NCBI GenBank assembly: GCA_963828525.1
Contig: CAWHEP010000008.1
Span: forward strand, 320,001 to 384,000
DNA from: an uncultured Verrucomicrobiae bacterium
Lineage (GTDB): Bacteria > Verrucomicrobiota > Verrucomicrobiia > Chthoniobacterales > Chthoniobacteraceae
Direction of reading: 5' to 3'
DNA: 64,000 bases
The translations under genes and the position numbers were made by a program. Below are positions 46,184 to 58,525 of the stretch, in pieces. The notes below the pieces were generated by a model. The model was not told where the DNA came from. It worked only from the letters and a program-made list of their open reading frames with translations, and ran no database searches. Positions within the stretch are counted from its first letter, which is position 1. Every line of letters starts with the position of its first letter.

Positions 46184-47023
46184 ATGAACACAGAAACGGC
46201 CCTTATTACCGGCGCCTCCAGCGGCATTGGTCTCCACCTTGCTCATGAGTTTGCCCGCCACGGACATCCGGTGGTTATCGTGGCTCCAGTCGCGTCCGAA
46301 CTGGAAGAGGTGGCGGCGGAGTTCCGCGCAAAACATAACGTCACGGCCCGCGTCATCGCAAAAGATCTGGAGGAGCCAGATGCCGCGCAGGAAATTTTTG
46401 ACGAGTTGCAGGAGGCAGGGATCGAAATCGACATCCTTGTGAACAACGCGGGTCACGGCTCACAGGGAAAATGGTGGGAGATGTCGATTGATGAAGACCT
46501 TTCGGTGATGCGGTTGAACGTGGAGGCCGTGCTGCGGCTGACGAAGTTTTTCCTCCCGCCGATGCTGCGACGCAATCGCGGGCGCATCCTTAACACGGCT
46601 TCAATGGTGGGTTTCCAGCCCGCGCCGATGCTGGCGACGTATGCCGCGAGCAAAGCCTTTGTGCTTTCGTGGAGCGAAGCGCTGGCGGTGGAGCTCGACG
46701 ACACTCCGATCTCGGTAACGGCGTTATGCCCCGGCGTTACGGACACAGATTTCTTCAAAAAGGGGGACGCCGAGGGAATCCTCGGACGGCAGAGTTCCAA
46801 CGTGATGTCACCGCAGGACGTCGCGAAGGCTGGCTACGACGCCATGATCGCGGGAGAGTTGTTCGTAGTCCCAGGAACTCTTAACAAGATCATGACTGCT
46901 GCCCGGCGCATCCTGCCTGTGACGACACAGGCGAAGATCAACGAGAAAGTGAACTCGGATGTTCCGCCGGAGAAGCAAACTCATCAGCGCGGAGAAAAGG
47001 AAGAGGCAGCGCTTAGAGACTAG
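46184..47023 (+). CDS. Short-chain dehydrogenase/reductase
   Basis: TGASSGIG, LVNNAG and YAASK. Confidence 0.92.
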   Translation: MNTETALITGASSGIGLHLAHEFARHGHPVVIVAPVASELEEVAAEFRAKHNVTARVIAKDLEEPDAAQEIFDELQEAGIEIDILVNNAGHGSQGKWWEMSIDEDLSVMRLNVEAVLRLTKFFLPPMLRRNRGRILNTASMVGFQPAPMLATYAASKAFVLSWSEALAVELDDTPISVTALCPGVTDTDFFKKGDAEGILGRQSSNVMSPQDVAKAGYDAMIAGELFVVPGTLNKIMTAARRILPVTTQAKINEKVNSDVPPEKQTHQRGEKEEAALRD

Positions 47024-47112
47024 AGCAATCCCCACTGCTCGGGCGGTGGCGCCGCGCACATCATAAGTTCCGCGCTTGTTCACTTATCCGGACTCTGAAA
47101 GAGTCCGGGGCT

Positions 47113-49047
47113 ATGGATTTGCTGGCCGAGCTTCGCGCGCGTTTCGGACACGTTGCCTTCCGGGAGGGGCAGGAAACAGTAATCCGCGCGCTTCTCGCGG
47201 GAGATTCCGCCTTGGCTCTCTTCCCAACCGGGGCGGGCAAGTCCCTTTGCTATCAACTACCCGCCGTGTTGCTGGAGGGAACGGCTCTGGTGGTTTCTCC
47301 GCTGATCGCGTTGATGAAGGATCAGGTGGACGCTCTGCGAGCGCGCGGGGTGGCTGCGGCGCGACTCGACTCCAGCCTCACCGCACAGGAGACGCAGCAG
47401 GTGTATGCCGGATTGCGAGCTGGAAAACTGAAGCTGCTGTATGTGGCCCCGGAACGGTTGTCGGGGGAAGCGTTCCTGGATCGGCTGCGCCAGGCGAGAA
47501 TCTCCATGGTGGCGATCGATGAAGCACATTGCATTTCCGAATGGGGACATAATTTCCGGCCGGATTACCTGCGCCTGGCCCGGGTGGCGGACGAACTGAA
47601 ACTGCTTCCGGTGCTGGCGCTAACCGCGACGGCGACTCCCGAGGTGGCGCGGGATATCTGCAGGGCCTTCCACATCGCGGATAGCCGGCACGTGCAGACT
47701 TCATTTCGGAGGAGCAACCTTCATCTGCGCGTTACTCCCTGCGCGGCGGCTGATCGGCTCGGGCTGCTGACTCGCCGACTGGGGAATGCCAAAACGCGTC
47801 CCGCAGTGGTGTATGTAACCTTCCAGAAGACGGCCGCGGAAGTAGCCGCTCACCTCGTCACGGCAGGCCTCCGCGCTCGCGCGTATCACGCCGGGATGGA
47901 TGCCGAGGAGCGATCGGCAACGCAGGAGAGCTTCATGCGCGGCGAGTGCGAGGTCATCGTCGCAACCATCGCTTTCGGCATGGGGATTGATAAGGCGGAC
48001 ATTCGCAGCGTCATCCATTTCAATCTGCCCAAGACGCTCGAGAATTATCAGCAGGAAATTGGACGCGCTGGTCGTGACGGACAACCTGCGTTTTGCGAAC
48101 TGCTCGCTTGCGCCGATGACGCGATCCCGCTTGAGAATTTCACCCTTGGCGATACACCGGAACTGCCCGCCCTTGAGGCGCTGGTCCGACGGATGCTAGG
48201 CGCGGGGAAGGAGTTCCACGTGAGCCGCTACGACCTCAGCCAGGAGACGGATATCCGCCCCCTCGTGGTCGAGACAGTGATCACCTATCTGGAACTTGAA
48301 GGCTTCCTGCAACCGACTCGAACATTCTACGAAAGCACCCAGGTTCAGTTTCTCCGTCCCGATGAAGCCATCCTCCAAGGCCACACCGAAGAGCGGCGGC
48401 GCTTCCTGGCCAATCTGTTACAGGCGGGGAAACGCGGTCCCAAGTATCTGACGCTGGAGTTCGAAGAAGCGGCGCGCGTTCTCGGTGAACCGCGGGAGCG
48501 GATCGTTAAGGCGCTGGCGTGGCTGGAGGAGACAGGCGCGATCTCGCAGAAACCGGCTGGCCTGCGAAATGGCTTCCGATTATGTGAACGCGCTGGGGAC
48601 GCCAGTCCGGAGGAAGTATCCCTCCGCATCGCGAAGCTGTTCGCGACGCGGGAAGAGCGAGACCTGCAGCGGATGACCGGGTTCCTGGAATTCGCGAGCG
48701 CCCCAGGTTGCATAACCCGGCGGCTCCTGGCCTACTTCGGAGAGAAACTCGAAGAGGCAAACTGCGGGCACTGCCACTATTGCCGGACAGGCCAGCCTGC
48801 CGCGCGGGTTACCCTGCCCTCCTCGCCGTTAAAACCTTTTACGGAGGCGGATGCCGACGAGATTCGCGGGATCATCTTTGAGGAGAATCCGGCGCTGGCA
48901 AGCCCGCGAGCGCTCACGCGCTTTTTCTGCGGTCTCACAAGCCCGGCGACCACCCGAGCTAAATTAACGCGACGCCCCGAGTTCGGACGCTGGGCCGCCG
49001 TGCCCTTCAGAAACGTGCTGTCCCAAGTGGAAACGTGCTGGGAGTGA
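47113..49047 (+). CDS. RecQ family ATP-dependent DNA helicase (no HRDC domain evident)
   Basis: PTGAGKSLCYQ, DEAHCISEWGHNFRPDY, AFGMGIDK, QEIGRAGRDG and the Zn site CGHCHYC. Confidence 0.93.
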   Translation: MDLLAELRARFGHVAFREGQETVIRALLAGDSALALFPTGAGKSLCYQLPAVLLEGTALVVSPLIALMKDQVDALRARGVAAARLDSSLTAQETQQVYAGLRAGKLKLLYVAPERLSGEAFLDRLRQARISMVAIDEAHCISEWGHNFRPDYLRLARVADELKLLPVLALTATATPEVARDICRAFHIADSRHVQTSFRRSNLHLRVTPCAAADRLGLLTRRLGNAKTRPAVVYVTFQKTAAEVAAHLVTAGLRARAYHAGMDAEERSATQESFMRGECEVIVATIAFGMGIDKADIRSVIHFNLPKTLENYQQEIGRAGRDGQPAFCELLACADDAIPLENFTLGDTPELPALEALVRRMLGAGKEFHVSRYDLSQETDIRPLVVETVITYLELEGFLQPTRTFYESTQVQFLRPDEAILQGHTEERRRFLANLLQAGKRGPKYLTLEFEEAARVLGEPRERIVKALAWLEETGAISQKPAGLRNGFRLCERAGDASPEEVSLRIAKLFATREERDLQRMTGFLEFASAPGCITRRLLAYFGEKLEEANCGHCHYCRTGQPAARVTLPSSPLKPFTEADADEIRGIIFEENPALASPRALTRFFCGLTSPATTRAKLTRRPEFGRWAAVPFRNVLSQVETCWE

Positions 49048-49169
49048 CGTTTCGCAAATTGGCTCTCTCGCGCTTCCGCGCGGCAAATTGCCACCACCGG
49101 AATTTAAGGTTGAGATAAGCGCGGATCTCTTCATTTTGAGGTTCAGTTCAAATTCCAAAAATCTCCACC

Positions 49170-49590
49170 ATGCCAAACACCATCATCCATCCCTACCTCA
49201 TATTCGGCGGCAGATGTGAAGAAGCGGTCGAATTTTACCGCGATAATCTGGGCGCTGAAGTCACCATGATGATGCCGTTTAAAGAAACTCCCGATCCGAT
49301 TCCCCCGATAAGGTTCCGCCCGACTGGGAGGAAAAGATCATGCACGCTTCCTTTAAGATCGGGGAGAGCGTTATCATGGCCTCGGAGCGGATGCGACAGC
49401 GACGGCAAATTCAGTGGCTTCTCACTATCGCTCGCGCTGCCCGAAGAAGGATCGGCCAAGAGCGCGCTTCGCCGCATTGAGCGAAGGCGGGAAGGTTGAA
49501 ATGCCGCTCGGCAAGACGTTTTGGTCGCCATGTTTCGGGATGGTGACGGATCGGTTTGGCGTGGATTGGATGGTCACGATTCTTCCGTGA
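49170..49590 (+). CDS. VOC/PhnB family protein, frameshifted
   Basis: HPYLIFGGRCEEAVEFY, KIMHASFKIG and MPLGKTFWSPCFGMVTDRFGVDWMV. Confidence 0.85.
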
Positions 49591-49599
49591 GCGGCTTGC

Positions 49600-50770
49600 G
49601 TTGCGAGATGGCGCGCCGAGAACCCGCGTCCGGGGAGACACCTATTTCCATAAATCGTTTGGCGCGATGCCAGGCTGGCCGGGCGGCTTCGACAAGAACA
49701 TTGTGCCGGGGAGCAGCGGGAGACAGAGGCTCCAGATCCTGCGTGATTTCCCAAAAGAAGTATCCCCTGCATACCGGCTTGATTCGCCCATGCGGCTTTC
49801 GAGCGCAACGGACTGCTCATCATCATAGGAAATGAGTTCGCTGGCATCTGCGTTCCGCAGCCACGGAACACCTGCGTCCTTTGACCAATGCCGGTTCCAA
49901 CCGGCCGAAAGAAGGGCCGCGATGTCGTTGAACGCGATGTCGGGATGCGAGCTTCGGGCCGAAGCGGCGTTTGGCCCCAACCGCTGGTCGCAAACCCGTG
50001 GCCAAAGCAGGGAATGCCAATCAGAATTTTGTCTTTCGGAAAGTTCTTGCTTGCCAGCACTCCACAAATTTTTGAAATGAATAGGCATTCCCATCGATCA
50101 GCGTCCGCGGTGGTCTCATGCAGAGGGGAGTTGAATCCGGCGTGGCTGAACGTGCCCGTTCTCCTGCTTCCACGGGCCATGCAGGTCATAGCTCATGATC
50201 TGGATGAAGTTGACAAGGGGCGCGAGTTTGGCGCCATCAAAAGACTCCGTGTCTTCGCCGATGGCCGGCACAGCCATCGTGAGAAGCGCCGACGCGATTC
50301 GTGCTCCGCAGAGCCCCACGCAGAATCGTGACAAACAGGACAAGGTTTTCCTTGTCTCCAGGGCTCGGGAATTCCCAGTCCACATCAACGCCGTCGTATC
50401 TGTTGTCAGCGACGACTTCGGCTAATTGACTGAACGCATTTCCGCATCCTCGCCGGATTCTTCGCCAGCGCGCTGAAAGCGGGACCACTCCCCTCGCCTC
50501 CCAGCCCCAGGAGGACTTTCACGCCAGCGGCATGTGCGGCGCTCGGTAAGGGACGTCGCTCGGGAGGTTGCCGTCCGCGCGGAGAGTTCCATCGTATTGA
50601 TGGTGGCAAACGCGTGCACCAAATGAGTGAAAAGCCGGAAGTTGATTTTCTCTGGAGGAAGACCGGTATTCCAGCATGGGTAGTAGCCAAGCACAGTCGG
50701 TGGCCTACGGCGGCTTCGCTCATGCAGAAGAAGCAGAAGAAGGAGACGTCTGAGAGCGAGAGAAAAGGAC
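49600..50770 (-). CDS. Secreted glycoside hydrolase family 18 protein, frameshifted (ends approximate)
   Basis: VLGYY, FTHLVHAF, KVLLGLGG, the catalytic YDGVDVDWEFP, IMSYDLHGPW, ILIGIP, ISYDD and a hydrophobic N-terminus. Confidence 0.8.
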
Positions 50771-50771
50771 C

Positions 50772-53700
50772 TTAGTCGCGGATCAGTTGGGCGCCATGCG
50801 GACAGCGACGGGAAGCGAGCGCGCTGACCCCGCGCTCCCCAAGCCTTCCACGACGCGCCATGTGTTCGAATGCCAAGTAGATGACGGGGGTCGTGTATAG
50901 CGTCAGAAACTGAGAGACAATGAGGCCTCCGACCACGCTGATGCCAAGAGGCTGGCGAAGTTCCGAGCCGGTGCCAAGACCAAGCGCAAGGGGAACAGCG
51001 CCGAACAGTGCGGCCATGGTTGTCATCATGATCGGGCCGAAACCGGATGACGCAGGCTTTGTAGATGGCCTCCTCCGGAGTGAGATTGTCGCTGCGCTCA
51101 GCTTCGAGCGCGAAATCGATCATCATGATCGCGTTCTTTTTCACGATGCCCATGAGAAGGATGATGCCGATGAAGGAGACCAGCGAGAGATCGACGCCTG
51201 CAATCATCAGGGCGAGCAGACGCTCCGACTCCGGCTGAGGGGAGCGTGGAGAGAATGGTGATGGGATGGATGAGGCTCTCGTAGAGAATCGCCGAGGACG
51301 ATATAGACGGTGACGAGCGCGGCGAGCGAGAAGGATCGGGGTGCTGGACAGGGAAGATTGAAAGACCTGCGCGGTTCCCTGGAAGCTGCGGATGATGTCG
51401 CCCGGCATCTTCATCTCATGCGCGGCGTTGGTGACGAGATCGGTCGCGTTGCCTAGCGAAATCCCGGGAGCAGAGGTTGAAGGAGAGGGTCACAGCCGGG
51501 AACTGCCCCTGGTGATTGACGGAGAGAAAAGCGTTCGAGATGGAGAATTTCGGGAAACCGAGGAAAGCGGCACCTGACGTCCGTTTGTCGATTTGACGAT
51601 AGATTTTCTGAAGGCGAAGGATCGGAAAGATAATTCGGATCGACCTCCATCACGACGTGATGCTGATTGTAACGTTCGTAGATGGTCGAGACCTGGCGCT
51701 GGCCAAAGGCGTCGTATAGCGTGTTATCAATGGCCTCGACAGTGATGCCCAGCCTTGCGGCGGCGTCACGATCCACTTCGACATTTGCCTGCAGACCTCC
51801 GGTTTGCTGGTCGCTGTTGACATCTCTTAGCTCCGGCATCTTGCGCAGCTTCTCCACGAGACGCGGCGCCCAGAGGTTCAAGTTATCAAGACTGCCGCTT
51901 TGCAGTGCATACTGAAACTGCGCCTTGCTGGCGCGGCCACCAACGCGGATGTCCTGCACTGACTGGAGGAACAGGTTGATCCCGGGAACCCTTTTGCAAG
52001 CTGGTGTCGAAGACGGTCAACGATTTGATCGGCGCCCACCTTCCGTTCGCACGCGGCTTTAAGGAGACAAACATCCGTGCCATTGTTGACGGTGGAACCA
52101 CCGCCGCCACCGCCCGCGAAGGAGCCGATGGTATCAACCGCCGGATCGGCAATAACGATGCGGGCTACCTGAGTCTGCAGCTTCGCCATGGCTTGAAACG
52201 AGATGTCCTGCGACGCTTCCGTCGTGCCCATCAGCATGCCTGTATCCTGCTGGGGGAAGAGCCCTTTCGGAGCCAGACGGTAGAGCCAGATGGTCGCGCA
52301 AAAAGTAGCGACGGCCACCAGTAGCATGAAGGATCTGATGCCGAAGCACCCACTTAAGGCCGGAGGCGTAGTGACCGAGCAGCCAATCGAACGCCCGCTC
52401 GCTCATCCGGTAAAACAGGCCTGGAGGAGGTTGCGATGATTCCGCTTTAAGGAACCGCGAGCACATCATGGGTGTGAGGGTGAGAGAGATGACGCCCGAG
52501 ACAAGAATCGCGGCGCTCAGCGTGACCGCGAATTCATGGAAAAGGCGTCCGATCAGACCGCCCATGAACAGCAGCGGGATGAATACGGCTACAAGGGAGA
52601 GACTGATGGAAACCACCGTAAATCCGATTTGCCTGCGCGCCTTTCAAGGCAGCCTCAAAGGGGGACAGGCCCTGCTCGACAAAGCGGAAGACGTTTTCGA
52701 TAACAACAATCGCGTCGTCCACCACGAATCCAACGGAAACCGTGACAGCCATCAGCGAAAGATTGTCCAGGCTGTAGTGACACAGGTACATCACTCCGAA
52801 GGTGCCAGCCAGCGCCAGAGGCACGGTTACGCACGCGATCAAGGTCGGCCAGAACCTTCGCAGAAAGAGGAAAATCACCATCACCACGAGGGCAATGCTA
52901 AGAAGGAGGGAGAACTGCACATCCTGCACCGAGGAGCGAATGGTGAGGGTGCGGTCGCTAAGTATCTTGATGTTAACGCTTGGAGGAATCCACTTCTCCG
53001 CCTGCGGAAGCGCGGCCTTGATACGATCGACCGTCTCGATGACATTCGCGTCCGGTTGTTTGAAAATGATGAGGAGAACCGCCGGTTCGATTCCCGACCA
53101 GCCCGCGACCAGCGTGTTCTCGACGCCATCGCGGATATTTCCCAGGGACTTCAAGGAAGATTGGACGCCGTTCTTCTGGGCAAGGATGAGTTTACTTATA
53201 GTCCTTTGGCACGCTGAGCTGATCGTTGCTATAGATGGCATATGAAGCTGAATCATTATCCACGCTGCCTTTCGGAGAGTCGACATTTACCTGGCTGAGG
53301 AAGGCGCGCACATCCTCGAGGCCTATGCCTGTCGACGCCAGCGCGGACGGGTTTACCGGACGCGAACCGCCGATTTGCGCCTCCGCTGATATCACCTGGC
53401 TGACACCTTGTATCTGGCTAAGCCGCTGCGCGACGATTTCATCGGCATACTGGTAGATCTTCGTCGTCTCCTGGGACTTTGACGTCATTGCCAGCACCAT
53501 GATGGGGGCGTCGGCGGGATTTACCTTCCGGTAGGTTGGCGGGCCCGGAAGATTGATCGGGAGTTCAGCGGCGGCGGCTGCAATCGCGGCCTGCACGTCC
53601 CGCGCCGCGCCATCCACGGCGCGACTGAGATCAAACTGCACCGTCACAGAGCAACCGCCCAGTGTGCTGGCAGAGGTAAGCTCGGAAACCCCGGCGATCT

Positions 53701-53917
53701 GGCTGAGGCGGCGCTCCAACGGGGCAGCCAGGGAGGTGGCTACCGTCGCGGCGTCGGCTCCGGGCAGGGACGCGCTTACGGTGATCATGGCGAAATCCAC
53801 ACGCGGCAGTGGCGCTATGGGGAGGAAGTGGTAAGCCACCCCGCCCAGGATCAACAATCCTATCGAGAGAAGGAACGTGCCCGCCGGTCGCCGAATGAAG
53901 GGCTCCGAGATGCTCAT
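50772..53917 (-). CDS. RND efflux permease, MdtC-like, frameshifted
   Basis: [46 protein letters not shown] and GSELRQPLG. Confidence 0.85.
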
Positions 53918-56900
53918 GCAGCAGGCAAAGCGCCGCCTGCGACCGGCAGCGAGGCTTCCTTGCGCCGGCGGCCCTGAACCAAGAGCCAAGCCGATCCATG
54001 TAAAGATAGATGACTGGAGTGGTGTAGAGAGTGATGAATTGGGAGAGAAGCAAACCGCCCACAATCGAAATGCCAAGCGGACGCCGCAACTCCGAGCCTG
54101 CGCCACTTTCCAGCGCCAGGGGCAGCGCGCCTAAAAGAGCTGCCATCGTGGTCATCATGATCGGACGGAAGCGCAGCAGGCAGGCTTGATAGATGGATTC
54201 CTCCGGTGGGAGGCCTTCGTTGCGTTCCGCGTCCAAAGCGAAGTCGATCATCATGATGGCGTTCTTCTTCACTATGCCGATCAGGAGAATGATCCCGATC
54301 AAAGCAACAAGGGACATATCCGTATGGCAAATCATCAGCGCCAGCAGCGCTCCAACGCCTGCCGAGGGAAGGCTGGAGAGGATTGTGATCGGGTGGATGT
54401 AGCTTTCATAGAGCACTCCAAGCACGATGTAGATGACCACCACCGCCGCCAGGATGAGGAATGGCTCGCTCGCGAGAGAAGATCGAAATTCTGCGGCGCT
54501 TCCTGAAAACGAGGTGACCACTGTTTCAGGCAACCCGATATCGGCTTGCGCCTGCTGAATCGCGGTAACGGCCTCTCCAAGAGAGCTGCGGGAATTGAGA
54601 TTAAACGAAAGGGTGATCGCCGGGAATTGCCCTTCGTGCAGGATCGAAAGGGGGGCGGTGACTGTCCGCAGGCGCGAGAAAAGCGCTGAGAGGCACCATC
54701 TGGCCCGTGGAGGATTTCACGTAGATTCGTTTCAGGGAGTCAGGAGTGAGTTGGAACCCAGGCTGCACTTCAAGCACCACCCGGTATTGATTCAACTGCG
54801 TGAAGATGATGGATACCTGGCGCTGCCCAAAAGCGTCGTAGAGGGTATCGTCAATGGCCTGCGTCACCACATTCAGGCGCTGGGCCTGCTCACGATCCAC
54901 GTCCACGCTGATCTGCAGACCATCAGCCTGCTGGTCGCTCGCGACGTCCGCCAGTTGCGGGAGGGAACGCAGGCGCGCCAACAGCTTCGGAGCCCATTGG
55001 CCGAGTTCCACCTCATCCGCATCCTCCAGCGTGTATTGGTATTGTGTACCGGCTGACCCTGCTGTCTATCTGCACATCCTGCACCGCTTGCATAAAGAGG
55101 GAGATGCCCTGGATGTTGCTGGTCGCTTGTCGCAAGCGCTCGATAACCTGGGAAGCGGACGAGGAACGCTGTTGCCCGAGGTTTGAGCGCAATCGCAAGG
55201 CGTCCCGAATTCACCGTAGCATTCACCGAGCCGCCTCCTACGAACGGATGAGACGCTGGCGACATCCGTGATCTTTTGCCACGATATCCACAATGGCGTG
55301 CTGGCGCGCAACCATCGCCTTGAAGGAGATTGACTGCGCGGAATCCGTGACACCCGTGATGATGCCTGTGTCCTGCTGGGGCAGCAGCCCCTTCGGAATG
55401 ATGATGTAGAGCCAAATCGTGGCCACGAGACCGGCTACCGCGACCATGAGAGTGAAGAACTGATGCCGCAACACCCACTTCAGTCCCTGCTCGTATGCCC
55501 GAAGCAGCGCCTCGAACATCCCTTCCGTCGACATGGTAGAAGCGCCCATGGGCTTGCCCCGTCTCTGGCTTGAAAGCCGCGCACACATCATCGGAGTAAG
55601 GGTCAGGGAAACCACCGCCGACGCGACAACGGAAATGCTCAGCGTGATCGCGAATTCGCGAAAGAGACGCCCGACGATTCCGGTCATGAAAAGAAGGGGA
55701 ATGAAACACGGCGATGAGAGAGACACTAAGAGAAATCACAGTGAAGCCGATCTGCTTTGCGCCTTTCAGCGCGGCAGCCATGGGCGGCTCACCCATCTCA
55801 ATGAAGCGGACGATATTCTCGATCATCACGATGGCATCATCGACGACAAAGCCGGTGGAGATGGTGAGCGCCATGAGCGACAGATTATCGAGACTGAAGC
55901 CGATGAGTTTCATCACGCCAAACGTTCCTATGACCGCAAGAGGCAGCGCGACACTGGGGATGACGGTCGCCCAAAACTTGCGCAGAAAGATGAATATGAC
56001 CATGACGACAAGCACACCGTAAGCACGAGCGTGAATTGCACATCGGACACGGAGGCGCGGATCGTCTCGGTCCGATCTGTGAGCACCGCGACTTTCACGG
56101 AAGGCGGGAGGCGAGAGGCCGAATTTAGGCAGCAGCGCTTTCACACGATCCGCCGTCTCGATAATATTTGCTCCGGGTTGTCTCTGGATATCCAGTATGA
56201 CAGCAGGCTGGGAACCGACCCACCCGGCAAGCCGCGTATTCTCGACATCGTCCATGACATTTCCCACGTCCCGGAGCCGTGATGGGCGCTCCATTTTTGA
56301 AGGCAATGACCATGCCGCCATATTCAGTCGCGGAGAATAGCTGATCGTTCGCGCCAATCGCATAGGATTGTCTGTTCCCGTCAAAGCTTCCTTTGGGTGC
56401 GTTGATGTTATTTTGACCAAGCACGGCGCGGATGTCCTCCAATGCCGATCCCAACGAGGCGATGGCTCCGGGATTGATTTGCACCCGAACCGCCGGCTTT
56501 TGATTACCCTCGATGGACACGAGGCCAACACCCGTGACTTCGCTGAGTTTTTGCGCCAGAACCGTATCCGCGAGATCATTCACTTTCTCCAGCGGCAGTG
56601 CATCGGAACTGAGCATCAGCGACAGGATCGGGCTGTCCGCCGGGTTTACTTTGTTGTAGATCGGCGGGATTGGGCATCTTCGGCAGAACGCCACCGGCGG
56701 CATTGATCGCTGCCTGCACGTCCTGGGCGGCGGCATCGATATCACGATCAAGCACAAACTGCAGTGTGATGGCGCTGCTTCCAAAGGAACTAATCGACGT
56801 CATGCCGGAGAGTCCGCTGATCTGGCCAAATTGCCGCTCCAGAGGCGTGGTGACCGAGGAGGCCATGACGTCCGGACTTGCGCCGGGATATTGCGCCGTG

Positions 56901-57040
56901 ATCTGAATCGTGGGGAAGTCAACCGGCGGCAGAGCCGAAATCGGCAGAAGCAGATAGCCCAATGTTCCAAGGAGGATGACTCCCGCCATGAGGAGCGAAG
57001 TCGCGACCGGACGCCGAATAAAAGGCTCGGAGATGCTCAT
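53914..57040 (-). CDS. RND efflux permease, MdtB-like, frameshifted
   Basis: [46 protein letters not shown] and GSELRRPLG. Confidence 0.85.
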
Positions 57041-57079
57041 GTTCAGAAGGCGGAAGGCGCTTTGCTGGTGGACGGGCGG

Positions 57080-58339
57080 CTACTTGCCGCTGACATCCCG
57101 CTTCCCTTTATCAGGCGCGGCGACTTTCACATGGGAACCTTCCTGCAGCTTGTACTGGCCGTCCACCACCACCGTCTCCCCAGCTTGGAGGCCCTCGTCA
57201 ATCAAAGCTTCCTCCCCCTCGATCTGCGCCACTTTCACCGGACGAATTGCAACCGTCTCGTCCTCATTGATCACAAAGGCGTACGCGCCGGAAGGGCCTC
57301 TCTGGACGACGGACGCCGGAACCACGAGACCCCCGCGACGGGTGTCGAGATGCAGACGGGCATTCACGAATTGGCCGGGCCAAAGTTGAAGATCGCGGTT
57401 TGGGAACGTGGCTTTCAACTCAATTGTTCCCGTCGTCGGATCGATCTGGTTATTGATGACCGTCAGGGTGCCACGATCCAGAACCGTCTTGTTGTCCCTG
57501 TCCACCGCGAGGACCTCGAGAGCCTCGCTCCCGCTGCCGGCACGCGAGTGAATCTGCGCGAGGGACTGCTCAGGCAGGGTGAATGTCACAAAGATAGGCT
57601 GGAGCGTCGTAATGACGGCGAGACCGCCCGCATCCGAAGCATGCACTATGTTTCCCTGATCCACGATCCGGATTCCGGTCCGGCCATTTATCGGAGACGT
57701 GATGGTAGTGTAACCCAGATTAACCTGGGCGATGTTAACTGCCGCGTCATCGGCCTTCACGGTGGCCTCCAACTGATTAACAAGCGCTTTCTGCGTCACG
57801 TTCTGCTGCTCGGAGATGACCTTCTTCGCGAACATTTCGGCGTCCCGCGCCAGATCCTCTCGGGCATTGGAAAGCTGCGCCTCATCCTGCCCCATTCTGG
57901 CTTTGGCCTGTTCGAACGCAGCCTTATAGGGGGCGGGATCGACTATCGCGAGCAAGTCTCCGACCTTCACATCCTGCCCCTCAGAGAAGGCTACCTTGAT
58001 CAACTCCCCGTCCACGCGAGTGTGGATAGTGACCGTATTCAGCGCTTGGGCGCTGCCGACCCCGTCGAGGTATATCGGCACATCTTTACTTCCGACTTTG
58101 CCGGCGACGACTGGAACTGGAGGCGCGCCAGTCTTCTGCGCCGCGCCAGCCTGTTGATGCTGCTTCATTTTCACGAAAGCAAAAATGCCTGCGACAAGAA
58201 GTACAGCGATGACAACCCAGCGCGTCGCGGAGGATCCGCGGTGGATCACGCCGCCAGGAGAAACCACCGCGTTGCGGTTCACAAAATCGCTTTGCTCCAG
58301 CCGAACTGGCGAGGGGCGCAGTTCATCGTTCTTCAACAT
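57080..58339 (-). CDS. RND periplasmic adaptor, MdtA-like
   Basis: VPIYLDGVG, RVDGEL..FSEGQDV, ITSPINGRTG and QIDPTTGTIELKATFPN..LWPGQFV. Confidence 0.9.
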   Translation of the reverse strand: MLKNDELRPSPVRLEQSDFVNRNAVVSPGGVIHRGSSATRWVVIAVLLVAGIFAFVKMKQHQQAGAAQKTGAPPVPVVAGKVGSKDVPIYLDGVGSAQALNTVTIHTRVDGELIKVAFSEGQDVKVGDLLAIVDPAPYKAAFEQAKARMGQDEAQLSNAREDLARDAEMFAKKVISEQQNVTQKALVNQLEATVKADDAAVNIAQVNLGYTTITSPINGRTGIRIVDQGNIVHASDAGGLAVITTLQPIFVTFTLPEQSLAQIHSRAGSGSEALEVLAVDRDNKTVLDRGTLTVINNQIDPTTGTIELKATFPNRDLQLWPGQFVNARLHLDTRRGGLVVPASVVQRGPSGAYAFVINEDETVAIRPVKVAQIEGEEALIDEGLQAGETVVVDGQYKLQEGSHVKVAAPDKGKRDVSGK

Positions 58340-58525
58340 AGAGTATTACCATCAGGATGTTTCAAGATGAAACCTTGCCGATCGGGACAAGTTGCGGGTG
58401 ATGTAAAGTGTCCCACCGTGCGAGACAAGGTTCCGCGACAAAGGATTGCGCGTCAAACGGGATGCGCATTTAACGCGAGACTCGGTGTCTGATCATCCTG
58501 TAGGATTCCACGAGAGCTATTTCTT

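Noticed and set aside
50488..50502. 15-nt direct match (ACTCCCCTCGCCTCC) to the tmRNA 3' end as a possible attR
   Set aside because: It lies inside the GH18 gene and encodes GGEGS at the conserved xxGG motif, with the gene continuous on both sides, so it is probably coincidence.
56831..58492. Long antisense ORFs (553 aa here; also 22211..23449 and 11779..13074)
   Set aside because: They are shadows of well-supported genes on the opposite strand in GC-rich DNA and have no recognisable motifs.
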